This document shows positions 60,932 through 64,000 of a stretch of DNA of 64,000 bases, piece after piece (position 1 is the stretch's first letter; each line of letters starts with the position of its first letter). Both the position numbers and the translations under genes were made by a program. Source of the DNA: an uncultured delta proteobacterium (GTDB lineage Bacteria; Myxococcota_A; Polyangia; Polyangiales; Polyangiaceae); contig CAWKKR010000011.1 in assembly GCA_963850305.1 (NCBI GenBank), positions 224,001 through 288,000 on the forward strand, given 5' to 3'. The notes under the pieces are model-generated. The model was not told where the DNA came from and made no database searches. It saw only the letters and a program-made list of their open reading frames with translations.

Positions 60932-61972
60932 ATGGCCATCACCTATCGAGCCGCCGGAGTGGACATCGACAAAGGCGATGCGCTCGTCGAAAGGATCAAG
61001 CCGATCGCGCGCGGCACGTACACGGACGCCGTGGTGGACGGCGTCGGCGGGTTCGCGGCTCTGACGGCGCTCCCCACCGACATCGACGATCCATTGCTCG
61101 TGAGCGGCACGGATGGGGTCGGCACGAAGCTCAAGGTGGCGTTCGCGACGGGGCGTCACGATACGATCGGTCAGGATCTCGTCGCCATGTGCGTGAACGA
61201 CGTCGTCACCACGGGCGCGCGCCCGCTCTTTTTTCTCGACTACTTCGCGTGCGGCAAGCTCGATGTGGACGTCGCGGAGCGCGTCGTTGCCGGCATCGCC
61301 CGGGGCTGCAAGCTCGCCGGCTGCGCGCTCCAGGGCGGCGAAACCGCGGAGCTCCCCGGGATGTACCCGGAGGGAGAGTACGATCTCGCCGGCTTCGCGG
61401 TTGGTGTGGTCAGCCGCCGACGTCTTCTCGGCAAGCAGCGGGTCTTGCCGGGAGACGCGCTCCTCGCCATCGCATCGAGCGGCCTGCACTCCAACGGGTA
61501 TTCGCTCGCGCGACGCGTGCTCGAAAAGGAGATGGGGTTGCCCCTGCAAGCACGCGTGCCGGAGCTCGGGCGGACCGTGGCCGACGAACTGCTCGTCCCG
61601 ACCAGGATCTACGCGAAAGCGGTCGGCGAGCTTTCCGCCGCCGTCGGCGAGCGGCTGCACGCGCTCTGTCACGTGACGGGCGGCGGCATCGTCGGAAATC
61701 TGCCCCGCGTGCTCCCCGAGGGCACGGTCGCGCGTGTCCGCCTGTCGCACGCGCGTCCCGCCATCTTCGGGCTCATCGCGAAGGGCGGGCCCGTGGACGA
61801 AACGGAGATGCTACGCACCTTCAACCTCGGAATCGGCATGGTCGCAGTGGTGGGCTCTGACGCGGTCGACGGCGCGCTCGGTGCGCTCCGCGCCGCGGGC
61901 GAGACCGCGTGGCGTCTCGGCGAAATCGGAGCCACGGCGGAACCGGAGCCGAGCGTGGAAGTCGTGGATTAG
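60932..61972 (+). CDS. purM: Phosphoribosylformylglycinamidine cyclo-ligase
   Basis: YRAAGVDI, TDGVGTKL, DLVAMCVND, GGETAE, SSGLHSNGYS, TFNLGIG. Confidence 0.97.
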   Translation: MAITYRAAGVDIDKGDALVERIKPIARGTYTDAVVDGVGGFAALTALPTDIDDPLLVSGTDGVGTKLKVAFATGRHDTIGQDLVAMCVNDVVTTGARPLFFLDYFACGKLDVDVAERVVAGIARGCKLAGCALQGGETAELPGMYPEGEYDLAGFAVGVVSRRRLLGKQRVLPGDALLAIASSGLHSNGYSLARRVLEKEMGLPLQARVPELGRTVADELLVPTRIYAKAVGELSAAVGERLHALCHVTGGGIVGNLPRVLPEGTVARVRLSHARPAIFGLIAKGGPVDETEMLRTFNLGIGMVAVVGSDAVDGALGALRAAGETAWRLGEIGATAEPEPSVEVVD

Positions 61973-61975
61973 CGC

Positions 61976-62608
61976 ATGGGCACGCTCTCGCTAGGCGTCC
62001 TCGTTTCCGGTTCGGGTACGAACCTCCAGGCGGTCCTCGACGCGGTACGCGACGGCAGGCTCGACGCGACCGTTCGCGTGGTCGTATCGAACAAGCCCGA
62101 AGCACCCGCGCTGTCCAGGGCCGCCGCTGCGGGCGTTCCGACGCGCACGATCTCGCATCGCGATTACGCGACGCGGGAAGCCTTCGACGGCGCGCTCGCC
62201 GCCACCCTACGCGAAGCGTCCGTCGGGTGGGTCGTGCTCGCCGGCTTCATGCGAGTGCTCACGCCCGTGATGCTCTCCGCGTTCCCCGACCGGATCGTCA
62301 ACATCCATCCTGCACTGTTACCCGCGTTCCCGGGGGTCGACGCGCAACGCCAGGCGCTCGAGTACGGAGTGAAGGTGAGCGGGTGCACGGTCCACCTCGT
62401 CGACGAAGGAACGGACACGGGACCGATCGTGTTGCAGCGTACGGTCCCGGTCCTCGACGCCGACGACGCTCACTCGCTCGGGGCGCGGATCCTCGCGGAA
62501 GAGCACATCGCGCTCGTGGAGGCGCTCTCGGCGATCGCCGGCGGTCGTCTCGAAATCCTTGCCGGCGAAGGCAACGCGCGGCGCCGCGCGCGGATCCTGC
62601 CGCCATGA
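61976..62608 (+). CDS. purN: Phosphoribosylglycinamide formyltransferase
   Basis: SGSGTNLQA, LAGFMR, NIHP.LLPAFPG, GCTVH.VD...DTGPI, EH. Confidence 0.97.
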   Translation: MGTLSLGVLVSGSGTNLQAVLDAVRDGRLDATVRVVVSNKPEAPALSRAAAAGVPTRTISHRDYATREAFDGALAATLREASVGWVVLAGFMRVLTPVMLSAFPDRIVNIHPALLPAFPGVDAQRQALEYGVKVSGCTVHLVDEGTDTGPIVLQRTVPVLDADDAHSLGARILAEEHIALVEALSAIAGGRLEILAGEGNARRRARILPP

Positions 62609-64000
62609 CGTCACGTCATTACGATGCCATCGTGCTCGGTCGATCGATCGGATCGCTCGCGGCGGCGGCGCTGCTCGCTCGCCGGGATTTTCGCGTGCTC
62701 CTGCTCGGCAACGGCGAGCGCCCGGCCTCGTATCGCTTCGAGGGCAGAACGCTACGTCGGCGCTCTTTCACATTTCTCGCCGCGAACTCGCCCGTCTGGC
62801 GGCGCCTGTTGCACGAACTCGCGCAGACTCAGACGTTCCGCAGACGGATGCGCTCGCTCGACCCGATGTTTTACGTCGCAGGCGACGGCTTCGGCATCGA
62901 AGTCCCGCCGAACCTCGAGCTCTTCGCGAGAGAGGTCGAATCGCGAATTTCCCGAAGTACGGCAGGTGGTCGACGAGATGTACAACCAGTTCGCCAACGT
63001 GAACGCCGCCGCCGACGCCGCACTCGACCGCGACGTCGTGTGGCCGCCCGGAACCTTCTGGGAGCGGTTCGAGACGAGTCGGGTCGCCTCGGGATTGTCC
63101 GTCGGTTCGAGCGACGCGGAGGGATGGGTCGCCAAGTTTCCCGTCGGCCACCCGTACCGGGACGTCACCCTTCTCCCTGCTCTGTTCGCGAGCGATCTCG
63201 CGCAAGGCGCGGGCCCGCTCTCCGCGTTCGCTCTTGCCCGCCTGCACGGGTCCTGGACGCGCGGCGTGCACGCACTCGCCGGCGGAGCCGACGAGATGGA
63301 AGCGTTCCTGGTCGAACGCATCCTGGCGCACGGCGGAGAGTGCCGGCTCGATCAGCGCGTCACGTCGGTCGTCACACGGGGCCGGGTGGTCGCGGGCGTG
63401 ATGGAAGACGGCCAGGAATCCGCGACCAGCGCGGACGCACTGGTCACGGATTCCGAAGGAGAGACGCTGGCGGCTCTCTCCCACGGCGAGGGCATCTCGA
63501 AGAGCGCGGTGCGTGACTGGCCACGGGTCACGGCGACGGCGGGTCGCTTCATCGTGAGCTTGATCGTGCGGGCGCACGCGCTGCCCGAACCTCTGGCCGA
63601 AGAGTCGTTTCTCTTGCCGCGACAATCGGGACGCGCCGATCCTCGGCGCCTGGTCGTGCATCTCGAGCGCTCTCCGACGCGCGACCCGGAACACCCAGAT
63701 GAAGCGCTGCTCGTCGCGGAAGCGATCGTTCCGAAGCGAGGCGCGCTCACGTTGCTCGAAGCACGTGAAAGCGTGATGACGACGCTTTACGAGCATCTCC
63801 CGTTTCTCGAGGAGCACCTCGTCGTGGTCGACTCTCCTCACGATGGTTTACCGCTGTACGATCATTCGTCCGGGACCCGGCGCGAGATCGATCGCATCCA
63901 CGTCGTTGAATCGACTCCGTCGCCCGAACCGATGCAATGGCTCTGGTCCGTCGAACCTTCGGGCTATCTGGGCCTCGCCGGAGAGCCGGTCCGCGGCCCG
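62605..64000 (+). CDS. Phytoene-dehydrogenase-like FAD oxidoreductase; runs off window, indel near 62940
   Basis: YDAIVLG.SIGSL.AAALLARR.FRVLLL Rossmann start; continues in a shifted frame with GG...LVERI.AHGG. Confidence 0.65.

Overview
GC-rich bacterial chromosomal window. The gene repertoire points to a myxobacterium, probably Polyangiales-like (inference): Ser/Thr kinases paired with TPR/PEGA proteins, many Cys/Gly-rich lipoproteins, an RpoH-type sigma factor and a sigma54 promoter. From left to right it holds: the tail of a [NiFe]-hydrogenase accessory operon (DUF5947/DUF6084-like genes, maturation protease, hypA, hypB) coupled to a PAS-PP2C phosphatase; a gene split by a 139-bp palindromic insertion; a MenA1/MenT1-like toxin-antitoxin pair; an NitT/TauT ABC transporter, an MFS and a PIG-V-like glycosyltransferase; an Hsp100 with a dead first ATPase ring; pilD-PMM-prmC; a Ni transporter; a kinase-PEGA-Cys-rich lipoprotein cassette; a catalytically dead L,D-transpeptidase; nudC; a three-gene operon of a GON-domain Ser/Thr kinase, a di-haem CcP-like protein and an output-less DAHL sensor (best candidate for an undescribed system); metF and mpl; a 1.9-kb direct-repeat-bounded islet; a sigma54-driven FNT channel with phased palindromic upstream sites; a phased 41/42-bp palindrome array; and housekeeping genes (rpoH, rsmI, ffh, thiO, purM, purN). 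Many single-base indels, including two in essential ffh, look like long-read sequencing errors rather than real pseudogenes. I found no rRNA, tRNA, CRISPR array or integrase. All family assignments come from motif recognition by eye, not database searches.
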